Assembly: GCA_027001995.1 (NCBI GenBank)
Contig: JALTLO010000077.1
Location: 3,849-18,845, forward strand
DNA length: 14,997 bases
Origin: Planctomycetota bacterium
GTDB lineage: Bacteria > Planctomycetota > GCA-002687715 > DRQF01
Direction: 5' to 3'
Part shown: positions 1-9,054 of the stretch, one piece after another
Numbering within the stretch: the first letter of the stretch is position 1
How the letters are laid out: each line of letters starts with the position of its first letter
Translations under genes and position numbers: made by a program
Notes under the pieces: model-generated
Database searches by the model: none
The model's input: only the letters and a program-made list of their open reading frames with translations
Told to the model about the DNA's origin: nothing

Positions 1-99
1 CCGTGGATTGCGAAACTGCGAGCCAGCGAGGAAGGGCAAGAGGGCATGGATGCATTTTTGAGCAAGAGAAAGGCCTCCTGGGTGGAGGATAAAGGGTGA
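1..99 (+). CDS. Enoyl-CoA hydratase/isomerase (crotonase) family protein, C-terminal fragment; probably methylglutaconyl-CoA hydratase-like
   Basis: Frame 1 translates to PWIAKLRASEEGQEGMDAFLSKRKASWVEDKG*, matching the crotonase C-terminal pattern 'R.SEEG.EG..AFL.KR.P.W'. Its TGA (97-99) overlaps the GTG of the next gene (GTGA). Not in the ORF track because it is 5'-truncated. Confidence 0.85.
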   Translation, partial: PWIAKLRASEEGQEGMDAFLSKRKASWVEDKG

Positions 100-1628
100 G
101 TCAACAAATGAAACCTTTTAAGCGGGTTCTGATAGCGAATCGGGGTGAAATCGCGATTCGCATCATGCGCACTTTGCGGCAGATGCACATTGAAATTGTG
201 GCATTGGCCTCTGATGCCGACCTCGATGCAGCCCATGTGCGCCTGGCGGATCAAGTGGTTCATATTGGCGCGGCACCAGCCAGCCAGAGTTATCTTGATA
301 TGGATAAAGTGATCCAAGCTGCCAAAGAAACAGACAGCTGCGCCATTCATCCTGGCTACGGATTCTTGTCGGAGAATGCGGCATTCGCCCAACGCTGCGC
401 TGATGAAGGCATCGTGTTCATTGGTCCAAGCGCTGAGTCCATCATCGCTATGGGTGACAAATCACGTGCCCGCGACATTGCAGTAGAAGCTGGGGTGCCT
501 GTGGTTCCTGGATGCAACGATGTTGAAGAGGGGGACTTGGCGGCAGCAGCTAAGGAAGTGGGGCGCCCTTTGCTCTTGAAACCTTCTGCTGGAGGTGGTG
601 GCAAAGGGATGGTGGTGGTGAACGACGGAGAAAATGTGCTTGAAGCTGCGGTGGCGGCGCGCAGAGTCGCTCTTGCTGCTTTTGGTGATGATCGTCTTAT
701 CGTCGAGCGCTTTGTTCATCCCGCCCGACATGTTGAGATCCAGGTCTTTGCTGACGGCCATGGCAATGCTGTAGCATTGGGCGAAAGAGAATGCAGTTTA
801 CAAAGAAGGCACCAGAAGGTTGTTGAGGAATGCCCATCTCCCGCCACGTCTTCAGCAGTTCGCCAAAGGATGGAAGAAGCATCTCTTAGCTTGGTGAAAC
901 AAGTTGCCTATCAGGGGGCTGGCACCGTTGAGTTTCTCTTAGGCCCCGATGATCAGTTCTATTTCCTTGAGATGAACACGCGACTTCAAGTGGAGCATCC
1001 GGTGACCGAAATGGTTTACGGCGTTGATCTGGTGAAAGCCCAAATCATTGTGGCTCAAGGTGGTAATCTGCCAGAGAGCTTGGCCAATGCTAAGCCTCGG
1101 GGTCATGCCATTGAAGTGAGGATTTACGCCGAAGACCCAGACGCCGGTTTCTTGCCAACTCCCGGTCTCGTTCACAAGTTGGTTGTACCCTTCATGCCTG
1201 ATGTGCGCTTCGACTCGGCTTTAGATGGCGCTGGGGAAGTTTCTGTTGAATACGATCCCATGATTGCCAAATTGACAGCTTGGGGTGCTGATCGAGAAGC
1301 GGCGCGGGAAAAAATCGTTGCGGCTTTATCTGAAGTGGGTTTCTTGGGGATCAAAACCAACACCGGCTTCTTGTCTCGCTTGTGCTCCACGCCTTGGTTC
1401 GCTGACGGTAGGTTTCACACGGCGACCTTGGATGAATCCATGGCGGACTCGAAGGAGCTCATGACCGACGATGAAATCCCTGGTGAAGTTCTCGCAGCCA
1501 TGGCTTGGACTTTCATGACTAGCAAGAGCGGTGGGGCAGGGATGCCAAGTGTTTCGGTGTCTGAAGATAGCGATGTCTTCAGTCCGTTTGCGGTCACTGG
1601 ACATTGGCGCGTACTGGAGGACAATTAA
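96..1628 (+). CDS. Biotin carboxylase subunit of an acyl-CoA carboxylase (methylcrotonyl-/geranyl-/propionyl-CoA carboxylase alpha-like, lacking the biotin domain)
   Basis: Motifs LIANRGEIAIRI, IHPGYGFLSEN, GGGGKGM, ERECSLQRRHQK, FLEMNTRLQVEHPVTE and YDPMIAKL. The start could be GTG 96 or ATG 108. Substrate is inferred only from the upstream hydratase. Confidence 0.95.
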   Translation: MSQQMKPFKRVLIANRGEIAIRIMRTLRQMHIEIVALASDADLDAAHVRLADQVVHIGAAPASQSYLDMDKVIQAAKETDSCAIHPGYGFLSENAAFAQRCADEGIVFIGPSAESIIAMGDKSRARDIAVEAGVPVVPGCNDVEEGDLAAAAKEVGRPLLLKPSAGGGGKGMVVVNDGENVLEAAVAARRVALAAFGDDRLIVERFVHPARHVEIQVFADGHGNAVALGERECSLQRRHQKVVEECPSPATSSAVRQRMEEASLSLVKQVAYQGAGTVEFLLGPDDQFYFLEMNTRLQVEHPVTEMVYGVDLVKAQIIVAQGGNLPESLANAKPRGHAIEVRIYAEDPDAGFLPTPGLVHKLVVPFMPDVRFDSALDGAGEVSVEYDPMIAKLTAWGADREAAREKIVAALSEVGFLGIKTNTGFLSRLCSTPWFADGRFHTATLDESMADSKELMTDDEIPGEVLAAMAWTFMTSKSGGAGMPSVSVSEDSDVFSPFAVTGHWRVLEDN

Positions 1629-1631
1629 GCC

Positions 1632-2138
1632 ATGAAAACCATGCATCTCAAGATTGCGGGCCGGGACTACAGCATTCAAATGGACCGCTCAGATGGCTCT
1701 TTGACCCTTCAAGTTGGGGATGACGAAAAGCAGGAGTTCAACATCCGAGATAAGGATGGCGAACTTGTGGTCAAGAGTGCTGCAGGTGTGAGGCGTGTCT
1801 TTGTTCATCGCCAGGGCGAAAAGGTGTGGGCTTCCAGTTGTGCCGAACCCTATGCAGCGGAGAGATTTCATCCGGAGCATGGTGCGTCCAACAACAATGA
1901 TGCTTCTTTCGCCGATATTGTAGCGCCCATGAATGGGCGCGTGGTGCAGGTGCTGGTGGCGGCTGGTGGCGATGTTGCTGAAGGTGATGGCATTGTGGTC
2001 ATCGAAGCGATGAAAATGGAACACAAATTGGCGGCACCATTTGCCGCAAGGGTTGACTCTCTTGATTGCGAAGAAGGTCAGCAAGTCGAGATGAATGAGG
2101 TCTTGGCTCATCTCATCCGCAGGAATGAAGATTCGTAA
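1632..2138 (+). CDS. Biotin carboxyl carrier subunit (N-terminal beta-rich region plus C-terminal biotinyl domain)
   Basis: APMNGRV...IEAMKMEH contains the biotinylated AMKM lysine motif. It has its own RBS, GGAGG at 1616-1620. Confidence 0.93.
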   Translation: MKTMHLKIAGRDYSIQMDRSDGSLTLQVGDDEKQEFNIRDKDGELVVKSAAGVRRVFVHRQGEKVWASSCAEPYAAERFHPEHGASNNNDASFADIVAPMNGRVVQVLVAAGGDVAEGDGIVVIEAMKMEHKLAAPFAARVDSLDCEEGQQVEMNEVLAHLIRRNEDS

Positions 2139-2166
2139 CGTACATGAAACCTTTTGGAGAAATGAA

Positions 2167-3153
2167 ATGAAAGCACCATTACGGGTAGCAGTTACTGGCG
2201 CAGCTGGTCAAATTGGATACAGCCTCTTGTTCCGCATCGCATCCGGAACGGTTTTTGGCGACGACCAGCCCATCATCCTCAGCCTCTTGGAGATCACCCC
2301 TGCCATGGGGGCTCTCGAAGGAGTGGTCATGGAATTAGATGATTGTGCCTTCCCTTTGTTGCATGGAATTGAAACCTCCGATGACGCAAACGTGGCATTC
2401 AAGGATGTGAACCGCGTCTTCCTTGTTGGCTCGAAACCTCGTAGCAAGGGCATGGAAAGAAAAGACCTGATCTTGGACAACGGTCCAATCTTTACTGGTC
2501 AAGGAAAAGCGCTCAATGACAACGCTGCCAAAGATGTGCGTGTTGTCGTGGTGGGCAATCCTTGCAACACCAATGCCCTTATTGCCATGTCGAATGCCCC
2601 GGACATCCCCAATGACCGTTTCACGGCGATGACACGTTTGGATCACAATCGTGCCATGGCACAATTGGCGAAAAGGTCGAACAAGCAATCTTCGGATGTG
2701 ACCAATGTGACGATCTTCGGCAACCACAGTGCCACTCAATATCCTGATTTTCAAAACGCGAAGATCTGCGGCAAGCCAGTTGTGGATGTCATTGAGGATC
2801 GCACTTGGCTGGAAGGTGAGTTTATTAGCACGGTTCAACAACGAGGGGCCGCTATCATTAAGGCCCGTGGTTTGAGTTCGGCCGCGTCCGCTGCCAATGC
2901 CGCTCTGGACCACATGCACGACTGGGAATTCGGCACCAAGGATGGGGAATGGGTTTCCATGGCCGTACCATCGGACGGGTCCTATGACACACCAGAAGGT
3001 ATGATCATTGGCTTTCCTTGCACGTGCGATGGCAAAGGTGGCTATAGCATTGTCCAAGGTCTGAAATTGGATGATTTTGCCAAGAAGAAATTCGATGCCA
3101 CCATCGATGAGCTGAAAAACGAAGCCGAGATTGTCAAAGACCTATTGGGCTAA
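2167..3153 (+). CDS. mdh: Malate dehydrogenase (cytosolic/Thermus-type MDH)
   Basis: Motifs [51 protein letters not shown] and [18 protein letters not shown]. Start moved to ATG 2167 (GGAG at 2156-2159); the ORF-track start at 2095 overlaps the upstream gene. Confidence 0.97.
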   Translation: MKAPLRVAVTGAAGQIGYSLLFRIASGTVFGDDQPIILSLLEITPAMGALEGVVMELDDCAFPLLHGIETSDDANVAFKDVNRVFLVGSKPRSKGMERKDLILDNGPIFTGQGKALNDNAAKDVRVVVVGNPCNTNALIAMSNAPDIPNDRFTAMTRLDHNRAMAQLAKRSNKQSSDVTNVTIFGNHSATQYPDFQNAKICGKPVVDVIEDRTWLEGEFISTVQQRGAAIIKARGLSSAASAANAALDHMHDWEFGTKDGEWVSMAVPSDGSYDTPEGMIIGFPCTCDGKGGYSIVQGLKLDDFAKKKFDATIDELKNEAEIVKDLLG

Positions 3154-3207
3154 TCAATCCCCTTTGGTTCTCTTGATGGTTCGACCACGGACTTTTGTCC
3201 ATTTAGT

Positions 3208-3245
3208 AGAAAACCCTGCCCCTCATTGGTGGGCAGGGTTCTCTT
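3208..3245. terminator. Intrinsic terminator hairpin between convergent transcription units, possibly bidirectional
   Basis: Perfect 10-bp stem AACCCTGCCC (3212-3221) / GGGCAGGGTT (3231-3240) with a 9-nt loop, A-rich on the left and T-rich on the right. It lies between mdh (+) and the minus-strand cluster. Confidence 0.75.
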
Positions 3246-3343
3246 ATTTGATGGCCATTGAAGGCGGGCGAGTTGGTTTCTTTCTTGTCTGTCATGGAGG
3301 GCGTCCTCTCAGACACTGAGCAAGATCTTGTGAACGAGTCGGG

Positions 3344-3652
3344 CTAACCCCTGGTTCTTGGACAGATTGTGGGGACCCCAGCTTTGTTGAGGTCTTTTTC
3401 TGCCTGCTCCGTTTGGATCTTGTCGAGGAAGAGGAAAGCAGTATTGCCGTCGATCAGGGAGGCATGGAGGTCCCTTGGGGCAAAGGACTTCGTTGTGAGC
3501 CCCGCTTTTTCAAAGAGTTTGAGGTCGCCGTCGAAGCCAAGAGCGAGATAAATCGTTCCGCAACGATGTCGAAGGCAGGTTGATATGACTTTCTCTTCTG
3601 AACCGGGGCCGTGAGCTTTGGTGAGAAGAACCCCTAAGTCAATTGTCGCCAT
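3344..3652 (-). CDS. Hypothetical protein (102 aa, MATIDLGVLL...)
   Basis: ATG at 3652 is preceded by a strong RBS (GAAGGAGG on the minus strand) and overlaps the end of the thioesterase gene. No family recognised. Confidence 0.7.
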   Translation of the reverse strand: MATIDLGVLLTKAHGPGSEEKVISTCLRHRCGTIYLALGFDGDLKLFEKAGLTTKSFAPRDLHASLIDGNTAFLFLDKIQTEQAEKDLNKAGVPTICPRTRG

Positions 3653-4100
3653 GCTCGCCTCCTTCTGCGGGCGTCCACAGATCTCCATCATCGGAAACTA
3701 AATAGCGATTAGAAAAGTCCTGGGGTATTGGCACTGACTCGTCTGCAGAGTTCGCGAAGCACATGACAACCCTGGCTCTGGCCCGGACTTTGCCGTCCAC
3801 AGCGCGCCGAATAACCTGGCGAAATACGACGCTACTTCGCCCAGTCTTAACCAAGCGCGTGCCAATCTCGACTTCTTCTCCTGCTAAGGCCGGGCTGAGG
3901 AAATCACAGTTAATGTTGACGACAACGAACCAAGCATCCAAGGCACTTGGGTAGTAGTAGTAGTCGCGACCCTCGGCGCGTAGGAAAGTTTCACGGCCGT
4001 TTTCGAACCAATTGATGTAAGCACCATTGTTGACATGTTTGTACGGGTCCAATTCATAGGATCGAACCGCCTGCCGTGTCTGGACTTCTTGGGTTGTCAT
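3639..4100 (-). CDS. Acyl-CoA thioesterase, hotdog fold (4HBT/YbgC/FadM family)
   Basis: VRSYELDPYKHVNNGAYINWFENGR matches the 'D..GHVNN..Y..W.E..R' signature, followed by a GRSSVVFRQ strand. Length is 153 aa. Confidence 0.92.
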   Translation of the reverse strand: MTTQEVQTRQAVRSYELDPYKHVNNGAYINWFENGRETFLRAEGRDYYYYPSALDAWFVVVNINCDFLSPALAGEEVEIGTRLVKTGRSSVVFRQVIRRAVDGKVRARARVVMCFANSADESVPIPQDFSNRYLVSDDGDLWTPAEGGEHGDN

Positions 4101-4134
4101 GATCTTGGTTTTTTCTCGGGATGGGTGTTCTAAT

Positions 4135-5139
4135 TCAAACGTTGTCGGTGCTCAATGAATGAGACCAAGCTCTCAGTGTCTTGGCGATTTCAACTTCTCG
4201 ATTCATGGGTGTCAAGAGGGTGCCGCAGGTGGGCGTCAACAAGATGTGGCGGGCCATGGCCTCAGAGCTTTTGATTCCCAACGATTGGCAGAACGTTCTG
4301 ATGTCAGAGCGAAGGTCTGGATCCTCCGACATGGCCATGGGGGCCAGAACACCCAAGGCAAGTACACCACCACCTTCAACGAATTGCCGGAGGAGAACAA
4401 GATTCTCCCATGCAATGGACTGATAACGCAGGAAATCGAAAGACAGATAGTGGGGAGGCAAAGGTGTCAAGAGATCGAAGGGGGGGTGGGAACAACAGTG
4501 GAGCCCTGTTCCTACATGGATGTCTTTCATAGCCCTATTCCATGAGGAGATGAGGCCTTTGGCTTTCTCACGATCGCTTGGTTGATTGATGAGTCCTAAC
4601 ATGGGCTCGTCTAACCACAGGGTGAGTTCTTCACATAGAGGTTGGAGAGCTTGGGCAATCGCTTGGGCGCAGGCGATGGTCCATGACAAGGCCTGGGGGT
4701 GAAATTGGGGGGCACTCCATAGAGGCCTAGATGCACCGTCGCGGATGGTTTGGAGCAAACTTATGGGCCCCATGATTTGGGCTTTCAGGAGAGGCCGTTT
4801 CTTTCCCCGAAAGACAGATGAGGCCCCTCGGGCCCCCTGAACAGCCAAACATCCGTCGATGTTCTCTGGGACTGCTTCAAATGCGTCTAACAGGGATTCT
4901 TCTTCTATCATGTCGGTGAGGGCGACTCCGAAGCCAGAGAGACTGCGGCGGTTGAGCTTTGGGGGCAACAGAAGGGCCAACATGCCGCCATCCCCATCTC
5001 CTTCGGCAATTTGGGGCAAATACGGAATATCGTAGTACCTCGCGATATGATCGCGAGCCGGTTCATGTTGGCAGAAGGGAAGAGAGCCGATTCCAACTGT
5101 TCGCACCATCCCGTTCACGGCTTGCTCAGATTTTTCCAT
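4135..5139 (-). CDS. Single-barrel cobalamin-independent methionine synthase family protein (MetE C-terminal-like; resembles 'core'/MesB-type folate-independent methionine synthases)
   Basis: Ordered motifs GIGSLP, PYLPQI, KAQIMGPISL, WLDEP, GLHCC (His codon 4498-4500), LSFD, LGV and LTPTCG (Cys codon 4225-4227) give the His-x-Cys...Cys zinc site of the MetE/URO-D barrel. At 334 aa it has no N-terminal folate-binding barrel. Confidence 0.75.
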   Translation of the reverse strand: MEKSEQAVNGMVRTVGIGSLPFCQHEPARDHIARYYDIPYLPQIAEGDGDGGMLALLLPPKLNRRSLSGFGVALTDMIEEESLLDAFEAVPENIDGCLAVQGARGASSVFRGKKRPLLKAQIMGPISLLQTIRDGASRPLWSAPQFHPQALSWTIACAQAIAQALQPLCEELTLWLDEPMLGLINQPSDREKAKGLISSWNRAMKDIHVGTGLHCCSHPPFDLLTPLPPHYLSFDFLRYQSIAWENLVLLRQFVEGGGVLALGVLAPMAMSEDPDLRSDIRTFCQSLGIKSSEAMARHILLTPTCGTLLTPMNREVEIAKTLRAWSHSLSTDNV

Positions 5140-5401
5140 GCAAATAGGTCCCTTTGTTTCGGTCTCTTGCCCCTGTTTTTTCGGGGCGTTTTACGGATGG
5201 AAGCGTCGTTTTGGCAACTCGAAAACCGTTGGTGAATCGCTCCCAAATTGCTCAGAACGGGCATCCAATGAATAACAAAGCCCTTTGTCGAAAATCTCGT
5301 TTCAACCTGTACATTCTGTCCCCATGGTTTCTTAGTTTGCCCCTTACCCCCCTGAGGGAAAGAGATGTCAAAGACGGCATCCAATTTCTCGAAGAGGGGC
5401 G

Positions 5402-5429
5402 TTGACTCCCATTTTGATTGTTGTAGTAT
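5402..5429 (+). promoter_or_regulatory. Putative sigma70-type promoter for nrdJ
   Basis: TTGACT (5402-5407), a 16-bp spacer and TAGTAT (5424-5429), directly followed by an NrdR box. Confidence 0.6.
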
Positions 5430-5438
5430 CAGCGCCAT

Positions 5439-5454
5439 CTACTACATGTTGTGG
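5439..5454. promoter_or_regulatory. NrdR box (repressor site for ribonucleotide reductase genes)
   Basis: CTACTACATGTTGTGG keeps all the key positions (C4, A6, A8, T9, T11, G13) of the consensus acaCwAtATaTwGtgt. It is upstream of nrdJ, just past the predicted transcription start. Confidence 0.8.
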
Positions 5455-5703
5455 TTGCCAGGGGCAAACACCCCAGGAGTGCCGAAGCTCGGTCAAATGA
5501 GGAATGCGGCCTTAAAAGACGGTCTGGGTTGGTTTTGATACCAAACAGGCCATTTTTTCGGATTCTCGCAGTTAACCGATTTCGCAAAAAAAGCAGCATT
5601 GAGAGAGCCAGGGAAAGTACTCAATTGACCATTTGGGTGAATTGAATCGGGGGGAGAGTCACTGCAGCGAAGTGACTCGAGATGCCAGTTGAAAGGGGAT
5701 AGA

Positions 5704-8700
5704 ATGTCGACACCGACGAAGGACAATAGCGGGCAGAAAAAGAAGTCACGGCAAACAGCAAAAGTGCAGGCGGGAGGAGTACCAGAAATGGGAATGAAGG
5801 GACTCGCCTTTGAGCGTCAGTTCACCAAGAAAGGTACGGATCCCTTTGACACCATCGAGTGGACCCATCGCTCAAGTTCCATCAAGAATCCCGATGGCTC
5901 TGTTGTCTTTTCGATGGATAATGTCGAAGTCCCGGCCGAGTGGTCTCAGTTGGCCACGGACATCGTCGTCTCCAAATATTTCCGCAAAGCTGGTGTTCCT
6001 GAAACTGGACACGAAGTTTCTGTTCGTCAAGTTGTCCGCCGGGTCGCGAATACCATTCGTCATGGTGGCGATGTCTTAGGGGGTTATTTCAAAGACAAAG
6101 CGGCAGCAGACGCTTTCGAAGATGAATTGACCTTTATGTTGGTGACCCAGCGCGGCGCCTTCAATTCCCCTGTCTGGTTCAATTGCGGCCTGAAACACAT
6201 GCACGGGATCTCCGGCAAGGCTGTAGGCAATTGGCATTGGAATCCAAAGAATGGTCGTATTGAATTAACCCCTGATTCTTACACCTATCCTCAAATGTCC
6301 GCTTGCTTCATTCAAAGTATCGAAGACGATTTGCTCGACATTGCCGAAGCTGTGAAGCGTGAAATGCGACTCTTCAAATTTGGCTCTGGAACAGGAACGA
6401 ACTTCTCAAGTATTCGTGGTGAAGGGGAACTCCTCGGTGGTGGTGGCACGTCATCGGGTATCATGTCTTTCTTGGAGGTTCTGGATAAGGCAGCAGGTGC
6501 AACCAAGTCTGGAGGAACCACGCGACGTGCGGCGAAGATGGTCATCTTGGATATGGATCACCCAGAAATCGAACAGTTTATTTCTTGGAAAGCCAAAGAA
6601 GAAAAGAAAGTTCAAGCTCTCATTGATGCGGGCTATGACGCTGATTTCAATGGCGAAGCCTACCGCACAGTCTCTGGTCAAAACTCGAACAACTCTGTTC
6701 GGGTGACGGATGACTTTATGGAAGCGGTTCTTAACGACGCCGATTGGCAAACCCGCTACCGGACAACAGGTGAAGTCGGCAAGACTCTCAAAGCCAAGAA
6801 GTTGATGGATCAAATTGCTGAATCGGCTTGGCGCTGCGCCGATCCGGGGATTCAATACGACACCAACATCAACCGCTGGCACACTTGCCCGAATACAGAC
6901 CGTATCAACGCTTCGAACCCCTGTTCCGAATATATGTTCTTGGATGATTCGGCCTGTAACTTGGCTTCGATCAACTTGATGAAGTACTTGAGCAGTGACA
7001 ATGTCTTTGATGTCGCTGGTTTCCATCATGCCTGCCGCACATTCTTCACGGCCCAAGAGATCATCGTCGACATGGCTTCCTACCCCACCAAGCAAATTGG
7101 CAAGAACTCACATGAGTATCGCCCATTAGGTTTGGGATACGCCAACTTGGGTGCCATGTTGATGGTTTCCGGTTTGCCCTATGATAGTGACAAGGGGCGG
7201 GCTGTTTGTGGTGGTGTCACTGCATTGATGACAGCCACAGCCTATACCACGTCAGCGGAAATGGCTGCTTCTAAGGGTCCGTTCAAGGGGTACAAGAAAA
7301 ACGCTGAACCCTTTCTCAAGGTCATGAAGATGCACCGAGAGGAGGCCTACGGCATCAGCGATGAAGATTGCCCAGCAGACCTGCTTCAAGCGGCCCGAGT
7401 CGAGTGGGATCGGGTTGTTGAGATGGGAACGGCTCACGGTTTCCGAAATGCCCAAGCTACTGTGTTGGCACCAACTGGTACTATCGGCCTGCTGATGGAT
7501 TGCGACACGACGGGGGTAGAGCCAGATTTCGCTTTGGTGAAGTTCAAGAAGTTGGCCGGTGGCGGTTACTTCAAGATCATGAACAATTCTGTTGTTCCAG
7601 CTCTTGCCAACTTGGGTTACACCCGCAATGAGATCCGAGACATCTCAAGCTATATTCTGGGCAGCCAGAGCTTTGACGAATCTCCTTTCGTCAATCGCAA
7701 AGCCCTTCTGGCTAAGGGACTGCGCCAAGAAGATGTCGATAAGGCTGAAGCAACTCTTGCGGGTTCTTTCGAAATTGAGACGGCATTTAGCCCCTTCGTT
7801 CTGGACGAAAGTGCTTTTGCCAACCTAAAAATCCCGGCAGAGAAATATAAAGAGCCCGGTTTCTCTTTGTTGCTTCATTTGGGTTTCTCTCGGGAAGAGA
7901 TTACCGCCAGTAGTGAGCACATTTGTGGCACCATGACGATCGAAGGTGCTCCCCATTTGCGTCAGCAAGATTTGCCCGTTTTTGATTGTGCTAATCGCTG
8001 TGGTGAAAAAGGACAACGGTTCATTCATCACAATGGCCACATCCGTATGATGGCCGCAGCCCAGCCATTCATTTCCGGGGCCATTTCCAAGACCATCAAT
8101 ATGCCAAATGATGTTTCTGTTGATGATATTCATCATACTTACTTGGAAAGCTGGCGACTGGGTTTGAAGGCCGTCGCTCTTTACCGAGATGGTTGCAAAG
8201 CAAGTCAACCACTTTCAGCAAAGTCGGACCAACAAACCGATTCGAAAGCCAGTTCCGAAATTCTGGCTGAGCTGGAAGCGGCGAAAGCGAAGGTAAAGGA
8301 GTTGGAGACCCGTTTGGAGAGTCGTCAACCACTTCTCAAGAGAAGGCGCTTGCCTCAACACCGTCGTGGCACGACCCAAGAAGCCACGATTGGTGGGCAA
8401 AAAGTCTACTTGAGAACAGGTGAATATAAAGACGGTACTCTCGGCGAGATTTTTATCGACATGCACAAGGAAGGTGCGGCTTTGCGAAGCATGATGAACT
8501 GTTTTGCAATCTCAATTTCCTTAGGTCTTCAACATGGTGTTCCTTTGGAAGAGTTTGTCAACGTCTTTACATTTACTCGCTTTGAGCCTCAAGGTCCAGT
8601 CAATCACCCGAACATCAAGTTTGCCACCAGCGTCATTGATTACATTTTCCGTGTGCTTGGTTTCGAGTATCTTGGACGCACAGATTTCGTTCATGTCAAA

Positions 8701-8982
8701 CCGGCGGATGGAATCGAAGAAGGCCTCGTCGCCTCGGACGAAGTAGAAGAAGACAAACGCCAAAAGTTGGTTGCTGATTCGAAAAGTCTAGGGATGGAAG
8801 TCGCAGAAAGCTCGGTACCGAAACCGGCTCCCAGTGATCGATGCCTCAACTTAGGTCTTGACCAGTCTTTGGGAAACATGATGGGGGATGCACCCTTCTG
8901 TGATGTTTGCGGTCACATCACCGTTCGAAATGGCTCTTGCTACAAATGTATGAATTGCGGCAGTTCTATGGGGTGCTCGTGA
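5704..8982 (+). CDS. nrdJ: Adenosylcobalamin-dependent (class II) ribonucleotide reductase with C-terminal TSCPD-like domain and Cys-rich tail
   Basis: Motifs [34 protein letters not shown] (thiyl-radical Cys), [37 protein letters not shown] and YRDGCK, with a C-terminal [18 protein letters not shown]. Start is ATG 5704 (AAAGGGG RBS); ATG 5788 (GGAGGAG upstream) is an alternative. Confidence 0.96.
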   Translation: MSTPTKDNSGQKKKSRQTAKVQAGGVPEMGMKGLAFERQFTKKGTDPFDTIEWTHRSSSIKNPDGSVVFSMDNVEVPAEWSQLATDIVVSKYFRKAGVPETGHEVSVRQVVRRVANTIRHGGDVLGGYFKDKAAADAFEDELTFMLVTQRGAFNSPVWFNCGLKHMHGISGKAVGNWHWNPKNGRIELTPDSYTYPQMSACFIQSIEDDLLDIAEAVKREMRLFKFGSGTGTNFSSIRGEGELLGGGGTSSGIMSFLEVLDKAAGATKSGGTTRRAAKMVILDMDHPEIEQFISWKAKEEKKVQALIDAGYDADFNGEAYRTVSGQNSNNSVRVTDDFMEAVLNDADWQTRYRTTGEVGKTLKAKKLMDQIAESAWRCADPGIQYDTNINRWHTCPNTDRINASNPCSEYMFLDDSACNLASINLMKYLSSDNVFDVAGFHHACRTFFTAQEIIVDMASYPTKQIGKNSHEYRPLGLGYANLGAMLMVSGLPYDSDKGRAVCGGVTALMTATAYTTSAEMAASKGPFKGYKKNAEPFLKVMKMHREEAYGISDEDCPADLLQAARVEWDRVVEMGTAHGFRNAQATVLAPTGTIGLLMDCDTTGVEPDFALVKFKKLAGGGYFKIMNNSVVPALANLGYTRNEIRDISSYILGSQSFDESPFVNRKALLAKGLRQEDVDKAEATLAGSFEIETAFSPFVLDESAFANLKIPAEKYKEPGFSLLLHLGFSREEITASSEHICGTMTIEGAPHLRQQDLPVFDCANRCGEKGQRFIHHNGHIRMMAAAQPFISGAISKTINMPNDVSVDDIHHTYLESWRLGLKAVALYRDGCKASQPLSAKSDQQTDSKASSEILAELEAAKAKVKELETRLESRQPLLKRRRLPQHRRGTTQEATIGGQKVYLRTGEYKDGTLGEIFIDMHKEGAALRSMMNCFAISISLGLQHGVPLEEFVNVFTFTRFEPQGPVNHPNIKFATSVIDYIFRVLGFEYLGRTDFVHVKPADGIEEGLVASDEVEEDKRQKLVADSKSLGMEVAESSVPKPAPSDRCLNLGLDQSLGNMMGDAPFCDVCGHITVRNGSCYKCMNCGSSMGCS

Positions 8983-9012
8983 TTCTGGTGAAACGCTTTT
9001 AGATGAATCATT

Positions 9013-9045
9013 GGGGTGTTGCTTTTCTGAGGCAGCACCCCTTTT
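9013..9045 (+). terminator. Terminator-like hairpin between nrdJ and dcd
   Basis: GGGGTGTTGCT (9013-9023) pairs with GGCAGCACCCC (9031-9041) using G-U pairs that work on the + strand, followed by TTTT (9042-9045). Confidence 0.65.
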
Positions 9046-9054
9046 CCATGTTCG

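Noticed and set aside
2335..3057. 240-aa minus-strand ORF, and similar antisense ORFs such as 6451-7095, 8851-9300 and 1689-2111
   Set aside because: They lie opposite well-supported genes and carry no recognisable motifs.
5115..5438. 107-aa minus-strand ORF and other short ORFs in the nrdJ upstream region
   Set aside because: No recognisable motif or clear RBS, and it overlaps the predicted nrdJ promoter, so the region is treated as regulatory.
5140..5703. Cobalamin riboswitch or c-di-GMP-I riboswitch in the divergent intergenic region
   Set aside because: Only short fragments match (AGCCAGG near 5606; GGCAAAC at 5463-5469). The B12 core elements and the GNRA-capped P2 with GACGCAAAGC were not found by eye. 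An Rfam cmscan would settle it.
5704..8982. Intein or intron in nrdJ
   Set aside because: The frame is continuous, the catalytic motifs are in normal order and spacing, and no intein or homing-endonuclease motifs are visible.
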